Shown: one piece after another, positions 26,459 through 42,228 of the stretch
How positions within the stretch are numbered: position 1 is the stretch's first letter
Layout: the number at the start of each line of letters is the position of its first letter
Made by a program: the position numbers and the translations under genes
Source of the DNA: Octopus vulgaris
Taxonomy: Eukaryota
Assembly (NCBI GenBank): GCA_951406725.2
Contig: OX597837.1
Location: 22,444,001 to 22,508,000, forward strand
DNA: 64,000 bases
Direction of reading: 5' to 3'
The notes under the pieces: generated by a model
Seen by the model: only the letters and a program-made list of their open reading frames with translations
Told to the model about the DNA's origin: nothing
Database searches by the model: none

Positions 26459-27434
26459 CTGAAATATTGATGTGTAGAAACATATATAAGATAGATAGAT
26501 AGATAGATGTCGGTTGATAAACACACAGACACATACACACACATTTTTATTGACATAAAGCAGACATTTATTGACCGACGTTAAACACACACTAGTGACA
26601 GAGACATTGCGTACACACAAACACAAACACACACACAAAACTCCTTCATTGTCTCTAGTGTACGTTTGTACAGATCAATGTGTACGTTTGCAGAGGTGAA
26701 TTTACACAAGTGTGTTGCAGACGGGGGTTAGCTTAAGCATGTCTAGAGAGGAGTCACTGTAGCTGAGTGACGCCTGTGTATACGGGAACTGGCGTGCCAC
26801 TATACGTGTGTGCTTTATGAAATGAAATATAATAAGTATTTCAATAAATATATAAACGTTACTAGTATATATATATATCGTGTACTTTTTTCTCTTTTGT
26901 AACCAAAAACAGACCTACACACATATATACGCATACCCACACACACATGCGTGTGTATATATACAATTATATATTATACACTCACACACAGTATATATAT
27001 ATACATACATACACACGTATATATATTTATTACACACACACACACACATATATATATACATACATGTATTATACATACACACGTATATATATATTTATTA
27101 CACACACATATATATACATATATTATACATACACACGTATATATATATATTTATTACACACACACACACATATATATATATACATATATTATACATACAC
27201 ACGTATATATATATATTACACACACACACATATATAACACACACACACATATATATATATATTACACACACACACACATATATATATATATTACACACAC
27301 ACACATATATATATATATATGGAATATGACCAGATATATATATATATTTATATATATATATATGGATAGGAGGGCTAGGAAGACCTTTGTTCAAAACGGT
27401 CTCAATATTGGTGTGTGTATGAATGTACGTGTGA

Positions 27435-27467
<33 letters not shown>

Positions 27468-27814
27468 CATACACACACCTACATACGTACAATGCGTGCA
27501 AATGTGTAGGTGTTTCGGCTTGAGTGTGGAATGCAACAATACATCCGTATATATACATTCGTGCGGGGTTGAGTGTAATAGGCCACTGAATATGGTCGTG
27601 TATGCCTTGTGTACACATCTCCGTGCGGCGTGCCACTATGTACATCTTCCTCCTTGTGTGCAGGTGCTTGGTGTGTATGCGTGGACATTGTGGAGCATGC
27701 ATGCGCGCGCGAGTGCGTACGCATACAGGGAATCTTTGCTGCAATATTGTCGTCTAAATAAGCACTGATCTAGTGTGTGTGTGTGTGTGTATGCATGAGC
27801 GTGTGTATGTATTT

Positions 27815-27858
<44 letters not shown>

Positions 27859-28864
27859 GAGGGAGATAAATTTAATATTAATTCAATCAATATCAATTTA
27901 AATCGTTGATGATCTATTTCTAGCACACGGCTGACTACCTAGTGGTCTTGCCCTTTGAATATACATTGCCTATACATATATATATAAATATAATTAGTAG
28001 AATTTTAAGGAACTGGCGATGATCTGCAAATAAATACAAAAATAGTGTTACGTACTACATTCACATACAAGCCTAGAGAGAAGCGAGAGCCTCTATGTGG
28101 TCAGTTGAGCAGCTAGAAATCACAGCCAAATTAAACTTTAAATACCACCCTGCCTTGCTAAACAAGTTTGACATCTAAGACTGAATGAGATGACAGTATG
28201 ACATATAGAGTGTCTAGATTAAAGACAGGATGGCCATATCTGAAATACTTTTCGTTATAGGTCTATTTAGCCGATCCTTACAAGGGATTAAACACCAAAA
28301 GAAGACATTACCACCCCTTCCTATACATTTCTATACTATTGTTGCTCGTCGACTAAATAATTTATACCATAAGCCATCACTATCGGATAAAGTCTGCAAA
28401 CCGGTTTCGATCCCGGCTTGCTGCAGCTTATTCATGTCCCTCGAGGTTATCTAATAGATTTGGGAAGGATTTGAATGTTACGTCTCATCTCATCCCTTTA
28501 CAAATCTCAACCTTAATGCAGAGTGAAGAGAACTTTTATTATTATTATTATTATTATTAATATTATTATAGGCTGTTGTCTAGACTCTAGACTCCTCCAT
28601 TTTTGAAAAGAAAAAAAAAACAAGTCCTCCATGCAACGATTTTGAAACCAGACATCTTATATGGATCACACGTCTATACACACACACACACATGCCAACA
28701 GACACACTTAGACAGAGCATAAGACATCCTGTGTGTAAACGTACATATACATAATTGTGCGTGTGTGTGTATGGATGATAGCTAAGTAGCTATCAAGATT
28801 TAAATATGTTCAACGCATGTGGACGTGCTAGTGTCTTTGTATATAAGTTTGTGTATGTACACTA

Positions 28865-28923
<59 letters not shown>

Positions 28924-29126
28924 CACACACATACTTACATACGGATGGATGTGTGTATATATTCATACACATATATGCACACACAGATATATACAATAAA
29001 TATGTGAACGAATGTGTATATAATTATATATATCTACGTATGTATATAATTCGAACCATACATACAGAGGAGTATATACTTCTGTATGTACACTGGACTA
29101 AAATATAGTCCGACTATGTGAATGCG

Positions 29127-29182
<56 letters not shown>

Positions 29183-29305
29183 GGTGCCCCAGCATGGCCA
29201 CAGCTCGTGACCTGAAACTAGATAAAATAAAATAAATTAAAATAAAAAATATTCATAAACACACAAACATCATATATACCTACACACACACATATATATA
29301 CACAA

Positions 29306-29345
<40 letters not shown>

Positions 29346-30056
29346 CACATACACTTGCTTGCATGCACGAACTGGTCACAAAGTATTTAACACTAAAAAT
29401 AGGGTAAACTACCTAGTATTCCTCAATTTTTCAGCTTTATTGATTATTTGCCACACACACACACACGCATTTCTATCGTACATAAGTATGCACAGACGCT
29501 ATGCATACTGCGTGTATACACACCCACTCACAAACGCACAGCGTTTATACATACATTTGAGATACGAGCGTATACAGGGGATATGCAGAAACTACACACT
29601 AGCTATACGTAGATATTATTTATACACACACAACCGGATTATCTTGCAAACACACACATACATACATTGCCATAGTAATTAATACCTAATATCTGAATCG
29701 ATCAATCTGAACATTTTATACGTGCATACACGCATCATGTACGCAAGTATGTATGCACGTAACCAAGAAGACGTGTGTGTGTGTGTAATTTATGTACTAT
29801 TCCTAATTTACAGTAGAATTATTGGTATCTGTTCTCACAGAAACTACGTGCATTCAACATAGTGTGTATATAAAAAAAAACACACATACAATGTGTATAT
29901 AAATATACATATAAATACAAACACACACACACATATATATGCACACATATGCATGCACGGGTGCGCGCATCACCTTCACACCCACTAACATTAAGCACAC
30001 GTGTATACGTGTGTGTGCATGTACTTATGTATTTCCACACACACACATACTTACAT

Positions 30057-30088
<32 letters not shown>

Positions 30089-30118
30089 TATAATTATTTG
30101 AGGGAATATTATTCCTAA

Positions 30119-30164
<46 letters not shown>

Positions 30165-30167
<3 letters not shown>

Positions 30168-30348
30168 GTAGCAAAAAAATTCTAGAAAAAATTCTCCGCT
30201 ACCAGCGGCCTAGTGAGAAAGAAAAAATAGTCAAAGACTATATAATATACATTCAACAATATAAGGAATGGCCATATAGGACGAGCTTTGGCTGCTCTTT
30301 CTAGTGAGTCGAATGTCCTATATGGCCATTCCTTATATTGTTGAATGT
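30165..30348. repeat. Small asymmetric fold-back in (TA)n
   Basis: Perfect 34-bp inverted arms at 30249-30282 and 30315-30348, with TA repeats on both flanks. Confidence 0.8.
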
Positions 30349-33300
30349 GTATATATATATATATATAGGTAAAACATCTTAATTCCCTGTTCTACTAATT
30401 TCAACAATTGAGCTGCGGCCATGCTGTAAGCAACACATTTCCTCAGAAACGTAGAACCTCGAACTTGCCATTGCCATAGCAATTAATACGCCTGGTATAC
30501 GGCATCCAACAGTCAGAATTTATATGCTATAGAGTCATATCTATACATGCACGTGTGTATATATTGCAATGTACAGAAAACACACGCTCACACACACATT
30601 CTTTTTTCTCTTGGTGAAACCCGGTTTATGGGGTTACAGTGGGTTTCTGGTCCACAAAGGGTTTAACTTTATGGCGTATCTTCAGAGCCCAAGACCCTAT
30701 ACATATACAAACTATACATACATGTAACCTATACCTACTGATATAATCTGTAGTACTTAATAGATGTACATGTAAATACATACATACTCATACACGCACA
30801 TATATATATAGTATAATGGCTACTTTCTCGTATACGATATATATACACACATACAAATATATATATTCATATACTTAAATGCATATAGGCTTGATAGAAA
30901 AACAGAATACGAGTATATATTTTTGTATTATTTTTTTCATCTGCCTATGAAAAAAAAAATTATAGATTCTTATACATTCACACACTAACACGGGTATATA
31001 TACATACATATACACATGCATATATATACATATGTATGGAAAGGGGGACCATGAACAGTGAAATTCATCTCATGAGACCCTCACTCCACTCCATCCTCAC
31101 TCACGTACCTACCTGTACACAATTCATTCCCAACATTTCTTAATATCACCACCCACCCCTCTCTAGGCAGTACCCAATCATTACAGCTGACCCCAACTTA
31201 CCCTCCCCCCCTCCTTTCACAATCTCTTGAACTCACCCACCCACTCATGCTCTCCAATCCTTGCTTCACTTATCTATATACACCTCCCTGTAACATGAGA
31301 ATGTTTGGGAGTGGGAGGTGGGGAACTGACCCCCTCCTCCACCCATCATATCTTCACCATCTTCTATCCTCCCTCTATCTCAAGTAGCTATGCCTCGCTT
31401 CTAATACTTTCTGTCCCTCAATACCCCCCCCCCCCAGTTGAGGGATCCTGTCCTGCACGTTACTGGCGCCACAAAGAAAGCACCCAATAAACTCTGTAAA
31501 GAGGTTGGCATTAGGAAGGGCATCAAGCTGTAGAAACAATCCCAAAGCAGACATTAGGGCTTGGCGCAATCTTCTGACTTACCAGTTCCTGTCAAATTGT
31601 GCGAGCCATGCCAGCTTGGAAAATGGACATTAAATGATGATGATGTAACGTCATCAGCATCATTTAGCATCTGCTTTCCATGCTGGCATGGGTTAGACAG
31701 TTTGACTGAAACTGGTTAGTTGCACCAGGTTCCAATCTGATTTGGCATGGTTTCTACAGCTGGATGTCCTTCTGAATGCCAGCCTCTCCAAGAGTGTAAT
31801 GGGTGTATATATATATAGACAGAAAGACTACTGGTTTATACAAATGTTTATAAGGTGGCATGAAGAAGTTTGTTCCCAACCACATGGTTCAGTGTTCAAT
31901 CCAACTTCGCAGCAAACGTCTTTGGCTATAGCGACAGGCCAACCAAAGACTTGTGAGTGGATTTTGTAGATGGAAACTGAAGGATCATCTTATGTGCATA
32001 TTTGCATGTGTATGTGTGCACGTGTAGGTTTATATCTTGCCCACTTTGATGGAAGTTGCAGAATAGGGAAGGTGTCATTGCTAGGTCCCTTCTTAATATG
32101 TCATATCTGCTATGTGACTTTGAAGTTGCATAGACCAAGGGATCTCCTACTTGTAAAACAAATAAAGAAGAGCATCCAGCTCACCCATGGCAACAGGGAA
32201 TAAAAATAATATAAAACAAATAAATGTATAAATGTAATTATATATACATATGTATATACATACATATCGCCAACAGCAGCATTTCTATGCTGGCATTGGT
32301 CAGATGGAATTGTTGGATGGATTTTCTATGGCCAGATTCCCTACCTGTCGCCAACCCTCACCTCTTTCCAAGTAAGGTGATATTCAATAATATTCACCCT
32401 TGACCAGATGTGTTTTGGAACACTGGAAACAAAGAACACTGTTTTGATGATGGTGACACAACCATCACTTGATGTCAAGATGAGGAGACACACTTGGGAT
32501 GTGGTCCAAGAACCTTTTACATTAGCCTTGAGCAAACCAATGTCTTGTAATTGACAATGATAAATACAAATAACATAGAAATCAGTTGTGTATTATATAT
32601 ATATAGACATGTACACATACACACAGATGTACATGTGTTTATGTGTGGACATAAGTGTTTATTTTTGTGATCTTCACGTTGACAACATTTGGACTGGTTA
32701 TGTTATAGTTATGACATATTTAAGAAATGTCCTGGTTAGTGGAATGAAATTGCATTCCTTAAAAAAAAAAGTAAGCACTGGCAATAGAAAGGGCATCAGG
32801 GTATAAGATATTGCTTCAATACATCTTGTCCAACCCATGCCTACATTGAAAGTGATGATAACATCTATAGGCACTATAGGCATAGTTATGTCTGTTGTTA
32901 AGTTTGCTTCCCAAGCACATGGTTTCATGTTTAGTCCCACTGTGTTATACTACATCAAGTACCTTTTACAATAGCCCCTGGACCAACCAAAGCCTTGTAA
33001 GCAGATTTGGTAGACGGAAACTGAAGGAAACCTGTAATATATATGTGTGTGTCTTCGGACATTGCACAATAGTTGTGAGTGTAACACCACACAAACAATT
33101 GCTTGTTTCTAATCCTATGTGAAAACAATGTCCAGTTAGGTAGAAATATTGCAAAACCTGTAAGGGCTCACAACAGGAAATGCATCTAGCATTAAAAAAA
33201 GTATCTTGTACTATAGCCCTGAGCTGACCAAAGCCTTGAATGTGGTTTGATAAATGGAAACTGAAAGCCCATCACATGTATGCTTGTATGTATGTATAGG

Positions 33301-35705
33301 AGCAGGCATGGTTGTAAGGTTAACAAATTTTCCTTTCAGGTTCAGGGCCACTGTGTGATACCTTGGGCAAGTCCCAGGCTGACCAAAGCCTTAAGAGTGG
33401 ATTTGGTAGATGGAAACTGAAAGTGGCCTTTTATACGTGGAGGGGTGGGAGTTGACTGTGATTGTTGTAAATGAGTGTCATTCAGTTTTCAGTTTCAGTA
33501 TTCTGCAAAAACAGGTGTAGCCATGGAGAGATATAACCTTGCTTGGAAACAGGTAAGGGTTGACAACAGGAAGGGCATCCAGCCATAGAACATCTGCCTC
33601 GATAAACTCTCGCTGACCCATGCAAGTATGAAAGCAGATTGACAATGCACAACAGTTGTAAACAAACGTCACTTTACAATCAGTGTCATTTGTTTTCAAT
33701 CCACCACAAAATTAGCATGTCAGACCCTTGGGAAATATCATCTTGCTTAGAAACCGGTAGCTGTTGGTAGAAACGGGCATCTATCTATAGAAAATCTGCT
33801 TCAACAAATTCCATCTGACCGAAGCAAGAATGGAAACGTGAATATTAAAACAGTACAACCTAGATATACAGTGCACATATATATATAAGTGTTGCAAAGT
33901 ATATACAAATATATTTTACATAGTGCAATCATTATCTGATACAGACTTCAATATGCTGGGTTGAGTGGACAGTCATGAACAGCCAAAGGCAAAACTTTTG
34001 TGATGTGTGTGTGTGCACGCGTGTGTATACACACACATGCACATGTACTTAAGTAAAACAGAATTAAGCTAAGAGAAATAACTCAGTCTGGCCTAGTGAC
34101 ATGAATTTGGACAAAGAAAAATATGTTAAAAACAAGCTAAATTCTTACTTAAGTCGCTATGAGATTGCTCCCTAAACCATATGGTTAGGAAGCAAACTTC
34201 TTATCTTTACAGCCATCCTGTGCATATATATATATTTTAAGATTCAATCCCATTGTGAGGCACCATGGTTAAGTACCTTCTGTTGTAGACCCAAGACAAC
34301 CAAAGCCTTGTGTGTGGATATGATAGGCAGAAACTGAAAGGAACTTATGTGTTTGTGTATTTGCATTTCCTTGCCTTGGCATTATACCACTGTTGTAAAG
34401 GAGAATGACCCTCATAAAAGCAATATTGTCCATTTCCAATATTTCTTTGAGAGCATGTCAAATATGACTTTGCTTGGAAACAGCTGAGAGTGGGCTACAC
34501 GAAGGGCATCAAACCAAGGATGTGTATCTCAAATTCTGTCTAACCTCTGCAAGGATGGGAAAGTGAATATTGAAATGACGATGATGATGATGATGATGAA
34601 CTAAGTCATCATTCATTCACTTAACTTCCACTTTTCTATGCTTGCATGGGTCAGACTGAATTTGTCATGGCAGATTTTCTACGGCTGGATGCTCTTCCTG
34701 TCTTCAACCCTCACCTGTTTCTGAGCAAGGTAATATTTCCACATGATTAGACATGTTTTTCATGGCAGACTGGAAATGCACAGCATCATTTATATGAGAG
34801 TGATACTCGTTAACAACCATACTGTCAAGGACAAGAGTATACACAAGCACACATACAACAGGTTATTTTCAATTTCCATCTGCCAAATCCACTCCCAATA
34901 CTTAGGGGTCAGTCTGGAGTTACGGTTGAAGGCACTCACCCAAGGTGAGGCTCAGGGAGACAAAATCTGAGACTACAATGGAGTGGAAGCAAGCTTCTTA
35001 ACCGCACAGCTGCTGTGGACTGCAATGTAGGCTACATACTTTCACATTGGACCCCACTGCATTGGTTTGTCTTCTGCTATAGCCATGGACACTCAAATGC
35101 TTTGAGAAGGAATTTGCTAAACTGGAACAGTTCAGAAGCTCACTATATGTGTTGAGTGTGCATGCGTGTGTGGGGGAAAGGATCCGTGTATATCATCATC
35201 CTTTTATGTCCATCATCAATAGTGATATCCACTGGGTGGATTGAGCAGATCCAATGGGCCCCAAGACCTCATTATACCCCAATGTTAGTTGTATCATGCT
35301 GGGCCCTCAACTCTTTGATGGTGTCGTGGGGGCATTGTCATCATTTATGGCATGCTTTGATCATTTTTCAATCTGGCAGAGACCATTCCCCTCAGGTCAA
35401 TGTTCTAACAGCTTTGCCAATTTGAACCATGTGAGTATACATATATAAATATAATCACTAACTCACACACACACACATATATATATATATACATACACAC
35501 TTACATATATATATATATATATACATACACACCTACATATATATATATACACATACATACATACACACCTACATATATATATATATATACACATACATAC
35601 ATACACACCTACATATATATATATATATACACATACATACACACCTACATATATATATATATATACACATACATACATACACACCTACATATATATATAT
35701 ATATG

Positions 35706-35740
<35 letters not shown>

Positions 35741-36057
35741 CACACACATATATATATACAGGTACATAGATATATACACACATGGAAATACAAACACATA
35801 TCCATTTATATCTATATATATATACACACAAACATGTTTATGTTTATATATATGTGTGTGTGTGTGCCTGGCAAGGAGAGGTGCAAGTGTACCTCTCCAG
35901 CTTGCCAGTTTCTGTCAAACCGTCGAACCCATGCCAGCATGTGAGACAGACGTTAAATGATGTGTGTGTGTGTGTGTGTGTGCAAATATACACATGCACA
36001 AATATAATATCAACACATATTCATATATGCATACATACGCAAACACACTATATATAG

Positions 36058-36130
<73 letters not shown>

Positions 36131-36540
36131 TACATAAATACATACATATAGAAACCGCATATTCATACATAGAAATATGAGGATAAACATACACATAAGT
36201 GGCATATATACACATGTGTAAATATATCTCGCATGCAACATCATATATATATATATATATATCCCACGCATAGGCAGATTATATATAGACACCAACTACA
36301 TACATTTAGCTATATATAAACATACTCAAATGTAAATACATTTCGTTTTGGATATGGTTTGCAAGATTCTTTATGTGAGTTCGCGTGTATAAATACATAT
36401 ATTCACATTGTATAATTCATTATATACGCGTACACATGTATAAATATTTTTAAACGCACACACATGTATAGATACATATATCTATATACTCATCTTAAGT
36501 AAATTTATATATTTACACATGTATGAATACATATACACAA

Positions 36541-36583
<43 letters not shown>

Positions 36584-36894
36584 TGCTTTCATATGTATAA
36601 ATAGATATATATAGTTATTCGTGTGTCTGAATATATTTTGTACATTGATGAAACACGTACTCACACATACACAAGCATGTGTGTGTGTGTGTGTGTGTAC
36701 TGTTTCGGTCATTGGTCTATGACCACGCTGGAGCATCACCACAGTGATAGATAGATAGATAGATAGATAGATCAATGTAATACTTTCATATACACATATA
36801 AACTATACCAAACACAAGCACATCTGCACATATCTCCATAGACAATAGAATTCCAGGTATATATATACACACACACCTTCATCTCATATATGAG

Positions 36895-37165
<271 letters not shown>

Positions 37166-37695
37166 TGAATATAGGGGGTGTAATCTTTAAATAACACCCG
37201 TCCAACGAGGAACTAAACAGATATTTATATATAGATAATGGCTTAGTTAACGGGAAGAAAAACACACAAACTATACACACACACACATCTATATATATAT
37301 ATATAAATGTATATACACACACACACACATATATATATATAAATGTATATACACACACACACATATATATAAATGTATATACACACACACATATATATAT
37401 ATATATAAATGTATATACACACACACACATATATATATATAAATGTATATACACACACACACATATATATATAAATGTATATATACACACACACATATAT
37501 ATATATAAATGTATATACACACACACACATATATATATATAAATGTATATACACACACACACATATATATATAAATGTATATACACACACATATATATAT
37601 AAATGTATATACACATACACACACTATATATAAATGTATATACACATATATATATATATGTATATACACACACATATATATATATAAATGTATAT

Positions 37696-37726
<31 letters not shown>

Positions 37727-37955
37727 AATGTATATATATATACACACACATATATATATATATATAAATGTATATACACACACACATGCATAGATGGTTT
37801 GAATATATAGATACATACACATAGAGAAATGCATAGATGGAGGGGGTGTTAGGTAGATAATTAGAACGTTAGTCCAATAAGGAACTGCATTAAGAAACAT
37901 ACATTGAGATAGATAGAGAGACAGAGAGGCTAACGGGAAGACACAAGACACGACC

Positions 37956-37987
<32 letters not shown>

Positions 37988-38096
37988 GAAAGCATGTTTG
38001 TATTTGTGCCTGCATCTTTGTGTTTGTGTCTATTTTTATATAGAGACTCACAAACGTATATCTTTATATATATATTAATGTGGTAAATAAACTCAC

Positions 38097-38165
38097 CGTC
38101 GAGGCAAGAGGCCACGTATAAACGGCAGCCTCCGCTCCAGCCGGGCTATGAAGCTTTAATTCCAT
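38097..38165 (-). CDS. DOT1L: DOT1L histone H3K79 methyltransferase, coding exon 1
   Basis: Minus strand ATG at 38165 reads MELKLHSPAGAEAAVYTWPLAST, matching the DOT1L N-terminus as recalled from human ([20 protein letters not shown]). Ends in phase 0 at a consensus donor G|GTGAGT (38096-38091). Lies in a locally CpG-rich, repeat-free island. Confidence 0.92.
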
Positions 38166-38560
38166 TATCCTTCCTCAACAATCGTTCCCCTCACCCTGTC
38201 TTTCTTCAGCCATCCGATGGTTAAATTACGAGCATCATCAAGATGAAATCCGCCTGAATTTGACCATATCTTTTTTTTTAAATATCCTTCCCTCGGTTCT
38301 GTTGTGTTTGTCGGTAATAGGTATGTTTTTTTTTTTTACCCACATCCACCACAGACCGAATGAGGGGGGGGAATAACCGTTTCCGTCGTCTGTCTTTCCT
38401 TCACTCTCTCTCTCTGCTGGGGGAAAGCCACCTCAGTCCCGTGACCTACATCGCTGCAAGCTATTGGTTGCCTCGTTCCCATTACGATTTTGCCTTGCAT
38501 TCCCCCCTCCTTACTGTTTGTTTTATTCACCCGGCATGTCATTGACGTTCAAACGCTTTT
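38166..38560 (-). promoter_or_regulatory. Putative DOT1L 5' UTR and proximal promoter
   Basis: Unique, GC/CpG-enriched sequence directly upstream of the ATG. CCAAT on the minus strand (+ strand attgg, about 38463-38467) and a TGACG CRE-like half site at about 38543-38547. The transcription start site cannot be located from sequence. Confidence 0.5.
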
Positions 38561-38794
38561 ATATATATATACACACGATATATTTAGTTCAATATATTTA
38601 TACATAATAATAAATACGTATATATATATATATATATGCACACACACACACCTATATATATAGATATTTCCTCTGTGCTATTAAATATTTGAGTTCTTTT
38701 CCCCTAATAAAATCCTTTTCTTTCTCTCTCTCCCTCTACATACATACATGTGTATGTGCGTGTATAAATATACATACATATACATATATATGTA

Positions 38795-38894
<100 letters not shown>

Positions 38895-39417
38895 TATATA
38901 TAGAGAGAGAGATATATATATGCATGTATAATGGATAAGAATACGTTAAAAATGCAAATATTCGTGCGTGTGTCTATATATATATATGTGTGTGTGTGTG
39001 TGTTTTATTTGTTTCAGTCATTGTACTACGCTCACGCTTCAAGATATTTTAGTTTTACGAATTAACACAAGTACTTATTCCACCACCCACCCCCTTTTTT
39101 GTAGCCTGGTACTTGTTCTATCGGTTTCTTTTTGCCGAACCGCTGCATCACGGGGACTTAAACAAACCAACACCGGTTGCGTGGCGGTGCTGGAGGATAA
39201 ACGCAAAGACACACTCATGTTATATATGTATTTTTTATTATCGTTTCATACTTAGGAGGAACAGCAGAGTGACTCAAGGGCCGAGTTTCGTGCATTAGCA
39301 CAAAATATAAATAATAATAATAATAATAATTGTGTACAGTGCTCAGGTGCACTACAACTCATATACTCATATTTTGAGTTCTATTTTCCTGTTTGCATTA
39401 CCATACCTGTGTATATA

Positions 39418-39523
<106 letters not shown>

Positions 39524-39687
39524 TACACACACACACACACACACACAATATATATATATATATATAAGTCAAAATAAGGATGAAAAAATTGAATATTAAT
39601 TAGTAACATCAATTCAAACACCAAGTGGCCTAGCGTATAAAAGACTGGGATACATAGTGGACTCTCTCTTATTGTTTTGTGTTAATA

Positions 39688-39732
<45 letters not shown>

Positions 39733-39733
<1 letters not shown>

Positions 39734-41131
39734 TAGCAGAGATACCCGGCGTTGCCCGTTTACATGCGATTGAAGAATTAGTTTTTTCTGTTATATTTTC
39801 TGTAAAGAACTAGAATATCGATGCTTCGAATTTCATCAAAATTGCAGATGAGGGTTATTTCCCTCTTTACGCACTCTAAAAAAATTGTAATCGGGCCACA
39901 TGTATCCCATACTACTGATTTTTATGCACATATTCCAAAATTCCAGTCTTATTGAACCTGTTAAAAAGATTTTGCTCCTGAAAAATGAAGGTCATGGAGC
40001 TCTAAAATGTGTGAGTTAAGGCCCCTGTTGGGGGTGGGCGTCTTAATGTCAACCAGAGAAGTTGAATTGTTGAGAATCTTTTTAACTTGGGTCTTATATC
40101 TATTGATTGAATTTCTTTGAAATAGGAAATATATGTTCACTGGGTTTGTAAAAGAGAGCAAAGCTACAGGAAATCAAAAGACGAATGATCACAATAAGCA
40201 GTCAGTTACCCTACCCTAGTCGTTTCCCATCCAGGTGACAGGCACAGCTGTAAGATGCATTACGAATCTATAGCAATTGGAAGGGCAATTGAAATAAACA
40301 TTAAATTGGAAGGCAATTGAAATAAACATTTCAATTGGAAGGCAATTGAAATAAACATTTCAATTGGAAGGCAATTGAAATAAACATTTCAATTGGAAGG
40401 CAATTGAAATAAACATTAAAAACTGTGTGACGTGAGGGCTAAAAAGAAATGAAAGTGTCACCTCTGGAGTTGCAAATGACCACTATACTGATACGTAACT
40501 GGACAGAATAAACTTACAATCTATAAATGTCTTTGAATAACCAGTCACTCATCTGGGAAGGCCTTGAAATCAATGTTACCATCTGGGGACTATGTGTGAC
40601 CCAGTGATAATAAAAAGACTGAAAGGAGGTCTGCAATCAAATAACTTTACTCCACACTTTGCAACTGAATCAGTGGAGGCAAAGATGCTTCTCATTTACT
40701 TGACAATTTATGCACCACATTGCAGAAATCACAATGTAAGTGTATGTCAAAGCAAACTGTTACGCTGTTGTACCATTGAATTACAAATAATGCTTGTCTT
40801 TTATGCTCGTGTGACCCTACTGCTTCCAAGAGCACAACTATATTCATTTTTGCTTAGATAAAATGACAAAACTGTGAATGTTAAGTCCCCATGGAAGGGT
40901 CTTTCTAAGTTGTAAGAAGATGAAATTTTATAAATATTACTTGATTTGTGTCTAATAATCTATGGTTAAAATTTCATCAACAGCAAAAATATATGAATTG
41001 TCATGGAGGTTATGGCCCTTATGCATAGAATATAATTTCCAAATTTCATAAAGATCCATTCAGTACTTTTGACCTAGTTTTGGATCATAAAAGAAATGAC
41101 TGAAATTTGGGAGTTAAGGCCCCCATTAGGG

Positions 41132-41178
<47 letters not shown>
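39733..41178 (-). mobile_element. Non-autonomous Helitron
   Basis: On the minus strand it starts TC-TATTTATATA...TAAAA (~41178, exact start ambiguous in the microsatellite) and ends cgggcaacgccggg-tatctctg-CTAG|T (39736-39733). Internal 29-bp tandem repeat at ~40273-40418. Confidence 0.65.
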
Positions 41179-41190
<12 letters not shown>

Positions 41191-41444
41191 GATATAGATA
41201 TAGATATATATACACACACACACACGAAGATAAATTGATACAACTGAGTGGGCAAACAAAAATATGAATCACAGCCTACTGTTTTTTTTATGTTGATAAG
41301 CCTGGTACTTATTCTATTAGTTTGTTCTTGTGAAACCAGTAAGTTATGGGGATGTAAATAAATGAACAGCAATTGTGAAGCAGTGATGAGGGCAAAACAC
41401 AGAGACAAAGACACACACATGCACTTACATATATACATACATAA

Positions 41445-42228
41445 GCACCATCCATCCGTGTCCGGTGCCAGCCTCGGCTGGCCCCCGTGCTGGTGACACG
41501 TAAAAGCACCGTCCGCTCATGGCCGTTTGCCAGCTCTGTCTGGCAACCGTGTCGGTGGCACGTAAAAGCACCATCTGTTCGCGTCCGTTGCCAGCCTCGG
41601 CTGGCCCCCGTGCCGGTGACACGTAAAAGCACAATCCGTTCGTGGCCGTTTGCCAGCTCTGTCTGGCCCCGTGTCGGTGGCATGTAAAAGCACCATCCGT
41701 CCGTGTCCGTTGCCAGCCTCGGCTGGCCCCCGTGCCGGTGACACGTAAAAGCACCGTCCGCTCGTGGCCGTTTGCCAGCTCTGTCTGGCAACCGTGTCGG
41801 TGGCACGTAAAAGCCCCATCCGTTCGTGTCCGTTGCCAGCCTCGGCTGGCCCCCGTGTCGGTGACACGTAAAAGCACCGTCCGTTCGTGGCCGGTTGCCA
41901 GCTCTGTCTGGCCCCGTGTCGGTGGCACGTAAAAGCACCATCCGTTCGTGTCCGTTGCCAGCATCGCCTGGCCCCGTGCCGGTGACACGTAAAAGCACCA
42001 TCCGTTCGTGGCCGTTCGCCAGCTCTGTCTGGCACCTGTGCAGGTGGCACGTAAAAACACCCACTACACTCGCGGAGTGGTTGGCGTTAGGAAGGGCATC
42101 CAGCCGTAGAAACACTGCCAGATCTGACTGGGCCTGACGAAGCCTTCCAGCTTCACAGACCCCAGTTGACCCGTCCAACCCATGCTAGCATGGAAAACGG
42201 ACGCTAAACGATGATGATGATGATGATG
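41445..42228 (+). mobile_element. SINE family B with a 10-unit ~61-bp internal minisatellite, nested in a SINE A
   Basis: cacgtaaaagcacc recurs about every 61 bp over 41445-42060, followed by the family B tail and (gat)n. Family A halves lie at 41275-41415 and 42245-42395 (-). Confidence 0.9.

Noticed and set aside
27500-27770. CpG-containing unique stretch near exon 2 as an alternative promoter
   Set aside because: Largely explained by alternating purine-pyrimidine low-complexity sequence, with no splice or promoter evidence I can support.
41309-42178. GC-rich ORFs of 177-289 aa
   Set aside because: They are translations of the 61-bp minisatellite inside SINE family B.
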